A DNA stretch of 42,855 bases from Octopus bimaculoides (lineage: Eukaryota), in NCBI RefSeq assembly GCF_001194135.2, contig NC_068983.1, forward strand, positions 113,392,684 through 113,435,538. Direction: 5' to 3'. The translations under genes and the position numbers were made by a program. Numbering within the stretch: the first letter of the stretch is position 1; every line of letters begins with the position of its first letter. Below the pieces are notes generated by a model that was not told the DNA's origin, ran no database searches, and worked only from the letters and a program-made list of their open reading frames with translations. Shown here piece by piece: positions 25,520-36,976 of this stretch.

Positions 25520-26660
25520 TGCCTCTTCTTCAAGGCCTATCAAAAGTTTCCTATAATGCTTTATATATATATTGGAATCAGCTTGTCGGAAGGATAAAGT
25601 TACCAAATTCATTTTGTCAACATTTTTTCACGCTACCTCATCCCAGAGCTTCCTCTTTAAGATATGGAGCAGCGTTGGCTTCTACATTCTCTTTATACAA
25701 TGGGTGGTTTATGTGTATGCAGACTTCTGCCAAAGTTGGCTGTTTGAGTGATATAGTTTTACGTCATTAAATTTGTATTTCTTATGTGTGTGTGTATATG
25801 TCGTATGTTTACGGTAGCCTTGTGCTGCAATCAGTCGCCTATATTTCTGTCGAATTTTACTAAGTATGGCTGTATTTTCTGTTAATATCTTTATTTCGCT
25901 TTGTTCTATATATGTGCAATGTGGTATGTTGCAATCATCACTTGTATATAGATATGGGCCCACACTTGAGCATTGCATTTGTCGAACAGTTAATATCATG
26001 AAGTTTGTTACTTTCAGTATTGTAGCTGAATTTATAAGTTTTTTCTCTTATCTATGTAATAGTGGTATAGTGTTATTAACAAGGTTTTGATCCTTTTGTT
26101 TTAGTATCAGTTTATGGTTTTGTGTGATGCATTTTATGACCCATTGTATGAGAGTTTGAGTATTCGTTCCTCTGTTCTATGCCTAGCATATATTTAATTC
26201 ATATAATACAGATTGTGCTTAACAAGGCATTTTTAATCAGAGTACTATCTAAGGTATTTGTCACATTGTATTTATGTTTACTGTCTCATTTGTGGAAGAG
26301 AATCTGAATGCTGTCCTTAGTAATGATTTTAACACAGACATTTTGCAGTTGCGTGGGCATTTTCTGTCTCCATGTAAGTATATGCATTTTTTGTGTTTAT
26401 GTAACATACTAACGAAATGCATCTATTGTCTTAATCTGAAGGTTTAGGCTTAGAGATGGAGCCCTGATCGTAATGTTCTGGGTATTAAATTTTAGTACTG
26501 ATTTTTTTCTCTAGGTCCCTCTTTTGATTAATTGACCTTCGATGTAGCTTAACAGCCAATCCCAACCAGTCGGGATTCACTGTATGGGTGGTACTATTGG
26601 GATATATACGCCATGAAATCAGAAACCCGGCCATTGTGAGTCGGTATGACGCGATAAGGT
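25520..26660 (-). mobile_element. Penelope-like element relic (thumb, Cys linker, GIY-YIG)
   Basis: Minus strand gives KCPRNCKMSVLKSLLRTAFRFSSTNE (thumb-like), CNIPHCT (Cys linker-like) and NYITQTANFGRSLHTHK (YIG-like); heavily decayed. Confidence 0.5.
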
Positions 26661-26685
26661 AACTTTTTTTGTACTATTCATGTAA

Positions 26686-26820
26686 ACATGTAGCTTAATG
26701 GTTAGTGTATTGGGCTCATGATCATAAGATTGTGGTTTCGATTTCTGGACCGTGCGATGTGTTGTATTCTTGAGCAAAACACTTCATTTCACGTTGCTCC
26801 GATCCACTCAGCAAGCAAAA
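26686..26820 (+). mobile_element. SINE family C, tRNA-derived head
   Basis: A box TAGCTTAATGGT, B-box-like GGTTTCGATTTC, then TTCTTGAGCAAAACACTTCATTTCACGTTGCTCC; abuts a family A copy. Confidence 0.75.
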
Positions 26821-26824
26821 ATTT

Positions 26825-27060
26825 GTGGTTGTGTGGTAAGTAGCTTGCTTATCAACCACATGGTTCCGGGTTCATTCCCACTGCATGGTACCTTGGGCAA
26901 GTATCTTCTACTATAGCCTCGGGCCGACCAAAGCCTTGTGAGTAGGTTTGGTTGACGGAAACTAAAAGAAGCCTGTCTTATATATGTATATATGTATATA
27001 TGTATATATGTATATATGTGTGTGTGTTTGTGTTTGTCCCCCCCCCCACATCGTTTGACA
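26825..27060 (+). mobile_element. SINE family A in sense orientation with internal (AT)/(GT) microsatellite, running into a gap
   Basis: The head is the reverse complement of 2302-2460. It is followed by ATATATGT.., then GTGTTTGTCCCCCCCCCACATCGTTTGACA (start of the 3' domain, cf. reverse complement of 16935-16965). Confidence 0.92.
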
Positions 27061-27749
27061 NNNNNNNNNNNNNNNNNNNNNNNNNNNNNNNNNNNNNNNN
27101 NNNNNNNNNNNNNNNNNNNNNNNNNNNNNNNNNNNNNNNNNNNNNNNNNNNNNNNNNNNNNNNNNNNNNNNNNNNNNNNNNNNNNNNNNNNNNNNNNNNN
27201 NNNNNNNNNNNNNNNNNNNNNNNNNNNNNNNNNNNNNNNNNNNNNNNNNNNNNNNNNNNNNNNNNNNNNNNNNNNNNNNNNNNNNNNNNNNNNNNNNNNN
27301 NNNNNNNNNNNNNNNNNNNNNNNNNNNNNNNNNNNNNNNNNNNNNNNNNNNNNNNNNNNNNNNNNNNNNNNNNNNNNNNNNNNNNNNNNNNNNNNNNNNN
27401 NNNNNNNNNNNNNNNNNNNNNNNNNNNNNNNNNNNNNNNNNNNNNNNNNNNNNNNNNNNNNNNNNNNNNNNNNNNNNNNNNNNNNNNNNNNNNNNNNNNN
27501 NNNNNNNNNNNNNNNNNNNNNNNNNNNNNNNNNNNNNNNNNNNNNNNNNNNNNNNNNNNNNNNNNNNNNNNNNNNNNNNNNNNNNNNNNNNNNNNNNNNN
27601 NNNNNNNNNNNNNNNNNNNNNNNNNNNNNNNNNNNNNNNNNNNNNNNNNNNNNNNNNNNNNNNNNNNNNNNNNNNNNNNNNNNNNNNNNNNNNNNNNNNN
27701 NNNNNNNNNNNNNNNNNNNNNNNNNNNNNNNNNNNNNNNNNNNNNNNNN

Positions 27750-27782
<33 letters not shown>

Positions 27783-27787
<5 letters not shown>

Positions 27788-27901
27788 CATACGGCTGCGA
27801 TTAACATACCGCCTACACGCCTCATAAATATTAATATGACGACAGATATTTAACTCCCCAAAGGCTAGTTTGCATAAACAAGAGACGCCCACTACACTAA
27901 C
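27783..27901. repeat. 119-bp unclassified repeat terminus, copy 1
   Basis: CAGAGCATAC...ACTACACTAAC matches 29516-29634 with 2 substitutions; both follow (TA)n at the right edge of a gap. Confidence 0.92.
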
Positions 27902-28021
27902 TCTCAAATGGAAGTTTGATAAAAAAAAAAACTAACATAATTTTTCTTATTCATCTTCCTCTTCATGAGCATCACCATCACCATCATCAAAATCATCATC
28001 ATCATCATCTTTTTTCTTCTT

Positions 28022-28236
28022 TTGCCTTTCATCCTTTCGGGATGAATATAGTACCCGAATTTGCTGACCTTGTGCGAAGACTTTAAATCATTATTAACTT
28101 CAAGTGCCACCGGGGTCGACTTCGCCTTTCATCCACCCGGACTCGATAAAATAAGTACCAGTTGAGCACTGAGTCAGATCTAATCGACTTAGCCCCTCCT
28201 TCAAAATTGCTGGCCTTTTGCCAATAAATGCTGATA
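28022..28236 (+). mobile_element. Two tandem partial SINE family B copies, followed by a (TGT)n/(CTA)n tract
   Basis: The GCCTTTCATCC core occurs twice (28023 and ~28124); the second continues to AAATTGCTGGCCTTTTGCCAA. Confidence 0.8.
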
Positions 28237-28399
28237 TTGTTATTGTTGTTGTTGTTGTTTTTGTAGTTGTTGCTTTTGTAGTTGTTGTTTCTGCTGCCAC
28301 TACTGCTACTACTACAGCTACTGTTGTTCTATAAAACAGCAACATCATTGGAGAACGTTACAACGTGTCAGCTGCCCACAACCAGAGGACTAATGTAAT

Positions 28400-28759
28400 A
28401 TACTTCATTCAGATTCCGAGAACAATGAGGGGAATTCGTGCAGTTGCAACCAACTCTGTTTTCTCTAAGATGCTCTAACTTCATATTTACTCTGACTTTT
28501 CAATCCAGCTTTTCTAACCTGGTACTTACGACTTCAACAGCCACATGTACAGTACTCTCCTTCTTCAACGGCCACAGTCTTTTTTCATCTCCCTCTTCAA
28601 ATCATTGTAGATGACCTGTTTCATTTCTCTTTCCGATAACCTAGCATCATCTGGACATGCAATATTTATAATGAAACAGGTTTTTCTTGGTTCTTTATTC
28701 ACAACTGCGATATCCGGCTTTCACTGTTCGCTTTCATGATCATATTGAATCATTACATT
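28400..28759 (-). mobile_element. R4/Dong-like non-LTR element, restriction-like endonuclease domain (3' part)
   Basis: Minus strand NVMIQYDHESEQ*KPDIAVVNKEPRKTCFIINIACPDD...YNDLKREMK shows the PD..D motif of RLE-type elements. Confidence 0.82.
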
Positions 28760-29515
28760 NNNNNNNNNNNNNNNNNNNNNNNNNNNNNNNNNNNNNNNNN
28801 NNNNNNNNNNNNNNNNNNNNNNNNNNNNNNNNNNNNNNNNNNNNNNNNNNNNNNNNNNNNNNNNNNNNNNNNNNNNNNNNNNNNNNNNNNNNNNNNNNNN
28901 NNNNNNNNNNNNNNNNNNNNNNNNNNNNNNNNNNNNNNNNNNNNNNNNNNNNNNNNNNNNNNNNNNNNNNNNNNNNNNNNNNNNNNNNNNNNNNNNNNNN
29001 NNNNNNNNNNNNNNNNNNNNNNNNNNNNNNNNNNNNNNNNNNNNNNNNNNNNNNNNNNNNNNNNNNNNNNNNNNNNNNNNNNNNNNNNNNNNNNNNNNNN
29101 NNNNNNNNNNNNNNNNNNNNNNNNNNNNNNNNNNNNNNNNNNNNNNNNNNNNNNNNNNNNNNNNNNNNNNNNNNNNNNNNNNNNNNNNNNNNNNNNNNNN
29201 NNNNNNNNNNNNNNNNNNNNNNNNNNNNNNNNNNNNNNNNNNNNNNNNNNNNNNNNNNNNNNNNNNNNNNNNNNNNNNNNNNNNNNNNNNNNNNNNNNNN
29301 NNNNNNNNNNNNNNNNNNNNNNNNNNNNNNNNNNNNNNNNNNNNNNNNNNNNNNNNNNNNNNNNNNNNNNNNNNNNNNNNNNNNNNNNNNNNNNNNNNNN
29401 NNNNNNNNNNNNNNNNNNNNNNNNNNNNNNNNNNNNNNNNNNNNNNNNNNNNNNNNNNNNNNNNNNNNNNNNNNNNNNNNNNNNNNNNNNNNNNNNNNNN
29501 NNNNNNTATATATAT

Positions 29516-29634
29516 CAGAGCATACTGCTGCGATTAACATACCGCCTACACGCCTCATAAATATTAATATGACGACAGATATTTAACTCCCCAAAGGCTA
29601 GTTTGCATAAACAAGAGACGCCTACTACACTAAC
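29516..29634. repeat. 119-bp unclassified repeat terminus, copy 2, inserted in the R4/Dong-like element
   Basis: Direct repeat of 27783-27901 (offset 1733 bp); R4-like sequence resumes immediately at 29635. Confidence 0.92.
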
Positions 29635-30180
29635 CCTTTATCGTGTCATTCTTGGGTACTCCTTCTGAGTTTTCTCCATGCCATGTTTTTGCTCTATTCA
29701 GTTCATACTAGCCACACATCTCCCAATGACTCATTCTTAAGACACAGTTGTATTTACCTTTCTTTTCTTTTTAGGACAGATTCATTAACTTCTGCACACC
29801 ATACCAGACAATCTCTCCTTTATCACTACACAACCTGAATCTTATCACTTTATGTTGTATTATCAATCCTCCATTTGGCATAATTTGTCCTTAGTGCTTG
29901 TTCCTGTGCAGCACAGGTTAGTAATTCTGTGTCCTGCTTCAAACCTTTCTTCTTTAGCGAGAGCCATCTTCCATCACCATCTGTATTTCTAGTCTTACCT
30001 GTTGCAAACTGCCCTTACATCTTTTTCCACTCCATTTCATTTCGTATCACTTAAACAATTTTTCTTGTACCCTTTGGCTCTACGCAAATAGTTGTCATGG
30101 CTCTACCTGTTATTCTCACCTGAAACAACAATGATTTTGTGACATTTTTGTTATACCCCACTAAGCAATGTTTTTCTGAG
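29635..30180 (-). mobile_element. R4/Dong-like non-LTR element, 5' part of the same copy
   Basis: Minus strand GLKQDTELLTCAAQEQALRTNYAKWRIDNTT* (AAQEQALRT motif), HWEMCG*YELNRAKTW and EGVPKNDTIK are collinear with the 28400-28759 piece. Confidence 0.85.
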
Positions 30181-30182
30181 TA

Positions 30183-30539
30183 TAGGAAGGGTTCCCAAAA
30201 GATACCGGAATTTTACAATATTATTTTATTCATTTAATTTTGCATATTTACGCTTTTATTAATTAGATCCAAAGAATTCTTCATTTGAAGCAATGCATCG
30301 GTCCAGGCACGTTTTCCACTGTTCGAAGCAGTGTTAGAATTCTTTTAACACCTCGTTTTCCCTTCATCTCTTCCAAATCTGCAAGTACCGTATCACCAGC
30401 TTTTGTCACCAGTGTAGACCTTCGAAGAAAGATTCAGATCAACTTCCATTTTGTTTTTCAATACACGACACGCATTTAATCGTGACTGTTTTTGATCTTC
30501 CGTGAGGCAGCGAGGCACAAATTGTGTTGCAACTCTTTT

Positions 30540-30541
<2 letters not shown>
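30183..30541 (-). mobile_element. mariner deletion derivative, same family as 14228-15086, 5' truncated
   Basis: ORF 30393-30677 ends MKRVATQFVPRCLTEDQKQSRLNAC...VYTGDKSW*, then jumps to the C-terminal CFEQWKTCLDRCIASNEEFF; TIR-like end at 30183. Confidence 0.88.
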
Positions 30542-30573
<32 letters not shown>

Positions 30574-30640
30574 GCTGCTGCCGCTGTCGTCGTCGTCATC
30601 GTCGACGTCATTATCATCATCATCATTATTATTATTACCA
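30541..30640. repeat. Compound trinucleotide microsatellite (TGT-TGC-GTC-ATC-ATT)
   Basis: Directly visible; truncates the mariner copy. Confidence 0.95.
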
Positions 30641-31815
30641 TGTAAATGTTTCTTTGATATCTGATGTCTTTACACATTATCTACCGGGCACCACCCAGAC
30701 ATCTGAAGTAGATAATGGATATGGTGTTATCAATGCACTGCATAATTATATGATGTTAAGAAGCACAAGGACTCGATAAGTATTGTTCTTTGAAATCCAA
30801 TAAGCATATTTATCTATTTCAGATGGTAAGTTGTTATTTTTGAAAGTACTATCAACATTTTTTAGATTAAGAGATTTTATCATTTTATCATTATTAATAT
30901 AAGTATTTTCAGAACTACGATAAGTTCCTAAGTACTCGATGACATTTCTGTTTTAGTTTTATATTTAGAAGTATTAACATTAATGGTATATAACGACAGC
31001 GAGTCTATTTCATTAATACACAGTTTCTTATATATGAGCGTGTTTACTTTTTTTCCGTACAATGTTATTGAGATTATTATCAAATGTATTATTAGGCATT
31101 TTAGTTAGAGATTTAGAATTAAGCACATTGTAATTATTGAGGTATTTGTCATGATTCTATTGATAAGAGTATATAATTAGAAATCGTATTAGTATTCTGG
31201 GAAATATCAGTCGTGTTAAATATCCTGAATTTAGTATTATGAATATATTTTATATTTTCATCATATGTAGTCACCTTAAATAATAATTATAATAGGATGC
31301 ATTATCATTAACAATACTTGCACTAGCAGTACGATACAAAATTTTAATTCAAATATTTCTGACTTATATATTTAGAATGGTAAAATTGTATATTCTTAAA
31401 GTCTCGTGGAGTATACACTTTGGATAATAACGGCTAGAATTCAGAAGAGATACATCGAAGAAATTTATTTAGAAAACTCTTTTATTACATCACCAGAATT
31501 ATACAATTTTAAAATATTAATATGAAGTAATCTAATATTTTATTATTAATGTGACTAATATCAGACTTAGATGAAATAACCAATGTAACGGACGAGCTTT
31601 TTGAATAGCCCTTTTTATGATTTTTGACTTTGAAATGAAGGATATTTGGCCGAAAAGACTCGGTCCTGCTCGGTAGATGAAGCTGAGTCCCTATGTCGTA
31701 CCACTTATCATTTCATATTTTAAAAATGTCTCACTAATGCTTTCATAAATTTTTGTTGAATTCTTTGATACTAAGTTCATTATAGTTTCTTGTTATATAA
31801 TTTTAAATTTTCAGT

Positions 31816-31893
<78 letters not shown>

Positions 31894-31968
31894 CCTAGCC
31901 TTAGATCTAGGTTAGAAAACGGTTCTTTCTCTATTGACAAAAAATTTTGAAATAAACTGAAAAATTAC

Positions 31969-31999
<31 letters not shown>

Positions 32000-32126
32000 C
32001 ACACATACATACTTCAATATAAGCTATCGGATAATCACCATAGTTGAACCTTTATTAGTACGCATCTTGAAAGGAAGTTTTAATTGGTCTTTCGTAAGAT
32101 TGATTCTTTTTTTTCTTTACTTTGAG

Positions 32127-32288
32127 ACGGATTGTAAAGTTGATATCAGTGCTGCCTTCATGAATGGGACAAACCAATGGCAAAAAATTGTCGTTGACAC
32201 ATGTCTTATGCATGGAGATGGTCAAAATAATCAAACAAAGCTTTTACATGACTATGATACTCCAACAGTCAACAGCTATCATCTACAG
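32127..32288 (+). CDS. Putative 162-nt phase 0-0 internal exon of an unidentified gene
   Basis: Long polypyrimidine tract ending in an atypical GAG| acceptor, and a strong donor CAG|GTATGA. 54 open codons in the only open frame: TDCKVDISAAFMNGTNQWQKIVVDTCLMHGDGQNNQTKLLHDYDTPTVNSYHLQ. No TE or known-protein similarity recognised. Confidence 0.45.
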
Positions 32289-33895
32289 GTATGAATTATA
32301 CAAAATTTATTGACTGGCTTTCCTTTTACAGTACACACACTTACACACACTCATACCCATGTGCACACACACACATACCCCCCCCCCGAGCGCACACACA
32401 CACACACACACCTTATTAGGCATACATGATTGTCTGTATATATGTAAATATATATGTATGTACTTATGTATGTATATGTGTATGTTTTCTGCATCTTCGA
32501 AACAAATTTGTGTGATTTCATATCACAGATTCCAGACAGTAACATTAATATATATCATCTAAATTTCTTATCATTATGATGAACACGTACGCTTGTCTGA
32601 GACAGGATGTAAATCAACAGCATCATTAACGTAACATTTACAACTTATAGAAATGGAAGAATAAATTAAAACCATTCTCTTTAAGAAAATTTTCCTTACG
32701 AGAAACAACTATTGTCTTCACGCAGACGTTGACCTTCCATTATCTGCCACCAACAACATGCGTATTTATTCTGTTGAGCACGCCCTTACCTTGCATGCTA
32801 TTCAATGGTCATCAACTAAATAACGACTAACTTCTCCTACGTACTAGACTAATGCCAGCCAGTGTCTGTCAGTTTATGCAGCGGACTGTTTCTTACACAA
32901 AACCATTGCTATAATGGTGATGTTCAGCATCGAAGCGGCTTTTCGCGAGCTTCATTAAGGGAGTTCTCTATGAATAGCTTAGTTGCATTGAAGACATACG
33001 TTGTAGCAATTTATTTTATATATATGAGTTAGCTTACGCTGGAGTACATTTGATGTTACTGTAAAAAAGTATTTGTATATTCCACAAGAAATATGAGTGA
33101 TGTTTTATCTTACTTATTCTTGTTTTCAGCCGCTTTGAGATATGTAGATATCTGCACAGCAACTATATTTAGGAGTTTTCACGAGTTTTCTTCAGGTCAA
33201 CAGCACTTTAGGTAGAATTTCACGGGTGTCTCCCAATGGCAAATTTCACTCAATCTCAGTAGCCATTTACAGTTGTCTTACAACGTAAAATTTCCTATAC
33301 TTATCCATAGAGGGGCATACTGCCAGAGTATATACTGCAGAGCAAGCTTACTGCTTACATTCACTGTATCTATGGGATTCTACTAAAAGAAATATTGCGT
33401 TTCAGATGCTGATTTAAACCTGTTCTCGTGTGTTTAGTATATCTTGGGGTGCTTAGAGTTCTTTTCGTGAACTGAAGGTTTTATTTTGTTGCAGTGGCAA
33501 ACTATACTCTTCGCACAACTCCACACATTTCATTATTGCTTTTGTTGTATGTTTTTTTATGCAGCAACATTATTTTCATTGTATGTTTTCACTGTACTAA
33601 CCAGTACTGCTCTGTTTGTCTTGGATTTATACGGTGTTTTGTTTGCTTTCAAAATTTTACTGTACGGAAAATGCTCTGCATAATCAATGGGCAATGGCTC
33701 GTCGTGCTACTTTCTGTATGTTATTTCTATTTAGAAGCTCTGATGTTTTAGCTGAGTATTTGTCAGAATAAACATTTCCCTCTCCTTTCCATGGTAACTT
33801 TTATTAAAGAGTCCATTTATTTTTAATACTTTTAATGTTGGTCCCTAATTGTCGTCAATACCTATTTCTAAATCTTTATACTTGTATTATTAGTC

Positions 33896-34238
<343 letters not shown>

Positions 34239-34599
34239 AACAGGCACGTACCAATGTATTTCTGTTAAAGGAAAACGATGGACAAAATATCTTGTAAAAT
34301 GTAGTCATATCCCTTTATGCTCTCACATCAAACCCAAGCAGAATTATCTTTTCCTTTCATCTTTTCTTTCAGTATTGATAGTATAAGTACATGTCAAGTA
34401 CTGAAGTTGATAAAATCGTCTATGGCATTCCCTAAAGTTTCTTATCTTGATTTTGTTGTGGAAATTGTTATTAGTTCTATTGTTAGCCAAGAGTTTAACG
34501 CACGTCAGCCTACATTTTACTTTGATAAAAATATACATAAATAATCGATAAATATGTACTAAATCATATAGGATAAAAAGAAAACCCATTTTCTGTCTA

Positions 34600-34971
34600 C
34601 AGGGTGATTCAAAAGTCGCCATACATAGGAACAATTTATTTTTTTTATAACAAACAGTTTATAAGAACAGTTTTTTTTATTTAACAGTCTCTATATGGTT
34701 AGCATCGTTTTGAATAAACATTGCAATACGTTTACCCAACTCATTGTGAACTCTTAATAGCACATCTGGTGATACGTGTGCAAATGAGTTGGTGATGCGT
34801 TCCTTCAAATGATTTATGTCTTTTATCTTCCCACGATATACCATGCCTTTCAAATGCCCCCAAAGATAGAAATCAAGAGGAGTCAGATCAGGGGATCTAG
34901 GGGATCTTATAAACTGTTTCTTATAAAAAAAAAAACGTTTGCCTATGTATCGAGACTTTTGAATCACCCTG
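34600..34971 (-). mobile_element. 372-bp MITE-like Tc1/mariner derivative with ~66-bp TIRs and a transposase C-terminal fragment
   Basis: TA|CAGGGTGATTCAAAAGTC..ATACATAGG...TTTATAA.AAACAGTTTATAAGA at both ends (inverted). The interior encodes PRSPDLTPLDFYLWGHLKGMVY...NHIETVK* (ORF 34677-34982). Confidence 0.95.
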
Positions 34972-36540
34972 TATATTTGCACCGTAATACTTTTCTGTCG
35001 TTCTGTCTAATTCATTTTATGGAAGCTTTTACACTGATAGTATGGATAGCGTGGTCCTGTTTGTTTGTTTTTTTGTTCTTTTTTTCTTTTTGTTTTTTCC
35101 TCTTTCTTTAATTCTCCTGATGGTTCAGTGTTTTAGAGTTTAAAGACCGAGTAAATATAGTATTGGACTACCAGCTCATAGGTTTTAGTTTTGCGTTTCA
35201 TTCAGTATTTCACCTGTACACTAAACGGTACATGGTGTACATACCTTAGTTTTCAATTCTCACTCAATATCCACTTACATTATTTGTAATATATCCAAGA
35301 TAATCTAAATAATGTCGCCTTGTCCAGAAGCACAATTCATCCTCCAAACAACAAGGAAATCTAGTCAAAAGCAATCGGTGAAAGCGTATTTAAATCTAAA
35401 ATCATTTTATTTTACGTTACCTGGCGCACGCATAGATATTACTAAACACTATTTACGCAAAATCTAGATTTTTTTCCTCTAAATTTTTGCATAGTTTGAC
35501 TCAAGCTCACCTTTTGCAAATATGACTCAAATAAATACCGTATCAACTTATGATGACAGTTGACTCAAGAATTGTTTTCTTTTTCGTTTTGACATTGCTC
35601 ACTTCCTTCTTCGCAGACTCTTTAAGACTGGTTAGGTCAACACGGATAACGCATCTCACTAGATAGCAGACCGACCTGAGTATTTAGAAGATTAACCAAT
35701 TATAAATAATGATTACGCAATATAAAGACTACGATCGTTGTTCCATAAACGATATAAAGTTGCTTAAAGGATTGCTTAGTTTAAATCATTTTAGTTATGT
35801 TGCTACTCTGAGACGAAAAATTCTGTTTCGGAACAGCTCAGTCAGAATTTAAGAAAAAGATGTATGTACACTAAGATGCAAAATAGAAACCTACATTCTG
35901 AAGGCAAACAAATAGTGTTTTTTTTAAATATATATATAACGACTAAACAAGAATATTTTATCAGAAAATATCAATCAACAACAGAATCGCAACTAAAGAA
36001 TGTTTACGTTTGTACGAATATTCAGGTCTATAAATTTGTTCTCTGAATAAGCCACAATCTATAAGCTCTGATTGTTTTCCCTTAGTAAATCTTTGATGTT
36101 TCCCTTTACAATAGCATCTAACTGTATGTTGAGGATGGAAATAAAAGCATACTTTTTACTACTCACAAAAGTAATATGTATTAGAAGCTAAATCTGAGAC
36201 AAACATTATTGATATAAGGATACTAGATATAGCAAAACCGAATTAGTTATAAATGTATCTTCAACATTAAATCGATTAAAATCAATATTTATTGAAAACA
36301 ATTAGAAGAAACTATTTTAGATATATTAAAAGAAAAGACGTCTTCTTGAAAATTCGCTTAAGTAAATAACTGAAAACATTTCCAAATATTCCGGCCTTAT
36401 ATTCTTTTATTCAAGACATTTATATCATACTGAAATTAAATAATAGAATATGTATATATAAATACATGTATACATACACACACGCACATACATACATGCA
36501 TGCATATATACACACACATAGATAATACATGTATATACAT

Positions 36541-36591
<51 letters not shown>

Positions 36592-36754
36592 NNNNNNNNN
36601 NNNNNNNNNNNNNNNNNNNNNNNNNNNNNNNNNNNNNNNNNNNNNNNNNNNNNNNNNNNNNNNNNNNNNNNNNNNNNNNNNNNNNNNNNNNNNNNNNNNN
36701 NNNNNNNNNNNNNNNNNNNNNNNNNNNNNNNNNNNNNNNNNNNNNNNNNNNNAT

Positions 36755-36915
36755 ATTCTTTTACTGATTTCAGTCACTTTTAGCAGCGGCCATGCAGGAG
36801 TTTCGCCTTAAAAGGCGTTTTTAATCGAAGATATCATTCCCAGGACTTATTCTTTGTAAGCCTAGTACTTATTCTATCGCCGAACCACTTAGTTACAGGG
36901 ACGTAAAGACACACA
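36755..36915 (-). mobile_element. SINE family A, 3' domain
   Basis: TTCTTTTACTGATTTCAGTCAC...GGACTTATTCTTTGTAAGCCTAGTACTTATTCTATCG...CCGAACC; homologous to 16770-16975. Confidence 0.85.
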
Positions 36916-36938
36916 CATAAACATACACACACACACAC

Positions 36939-36970
<32 letters not shown>

Positions 36971-36976
<6 letters not shown>

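Noticed and set aside
26686-26770. tRNA-like A/B boxes here and at 8169, 23579 and 2400-2468
   Set aside because: These are SINE heads: no intact cloverleaf, and they continue into repeat bodies.
33131-33210. Strong acceptor CTTATTCTTGTTTTCAG at 33130
   Set aside because: Phase 0 gives an immediate stop (PL*), and the open frame does not match the upstream donor phase. It could be a terminal exon but is unsupported.
35864-36046. QEYFIRKYQ, resembling a Penelope C-terminus
   Set aside because: A single short motif with no supporting upstream GIY-YIG residues.
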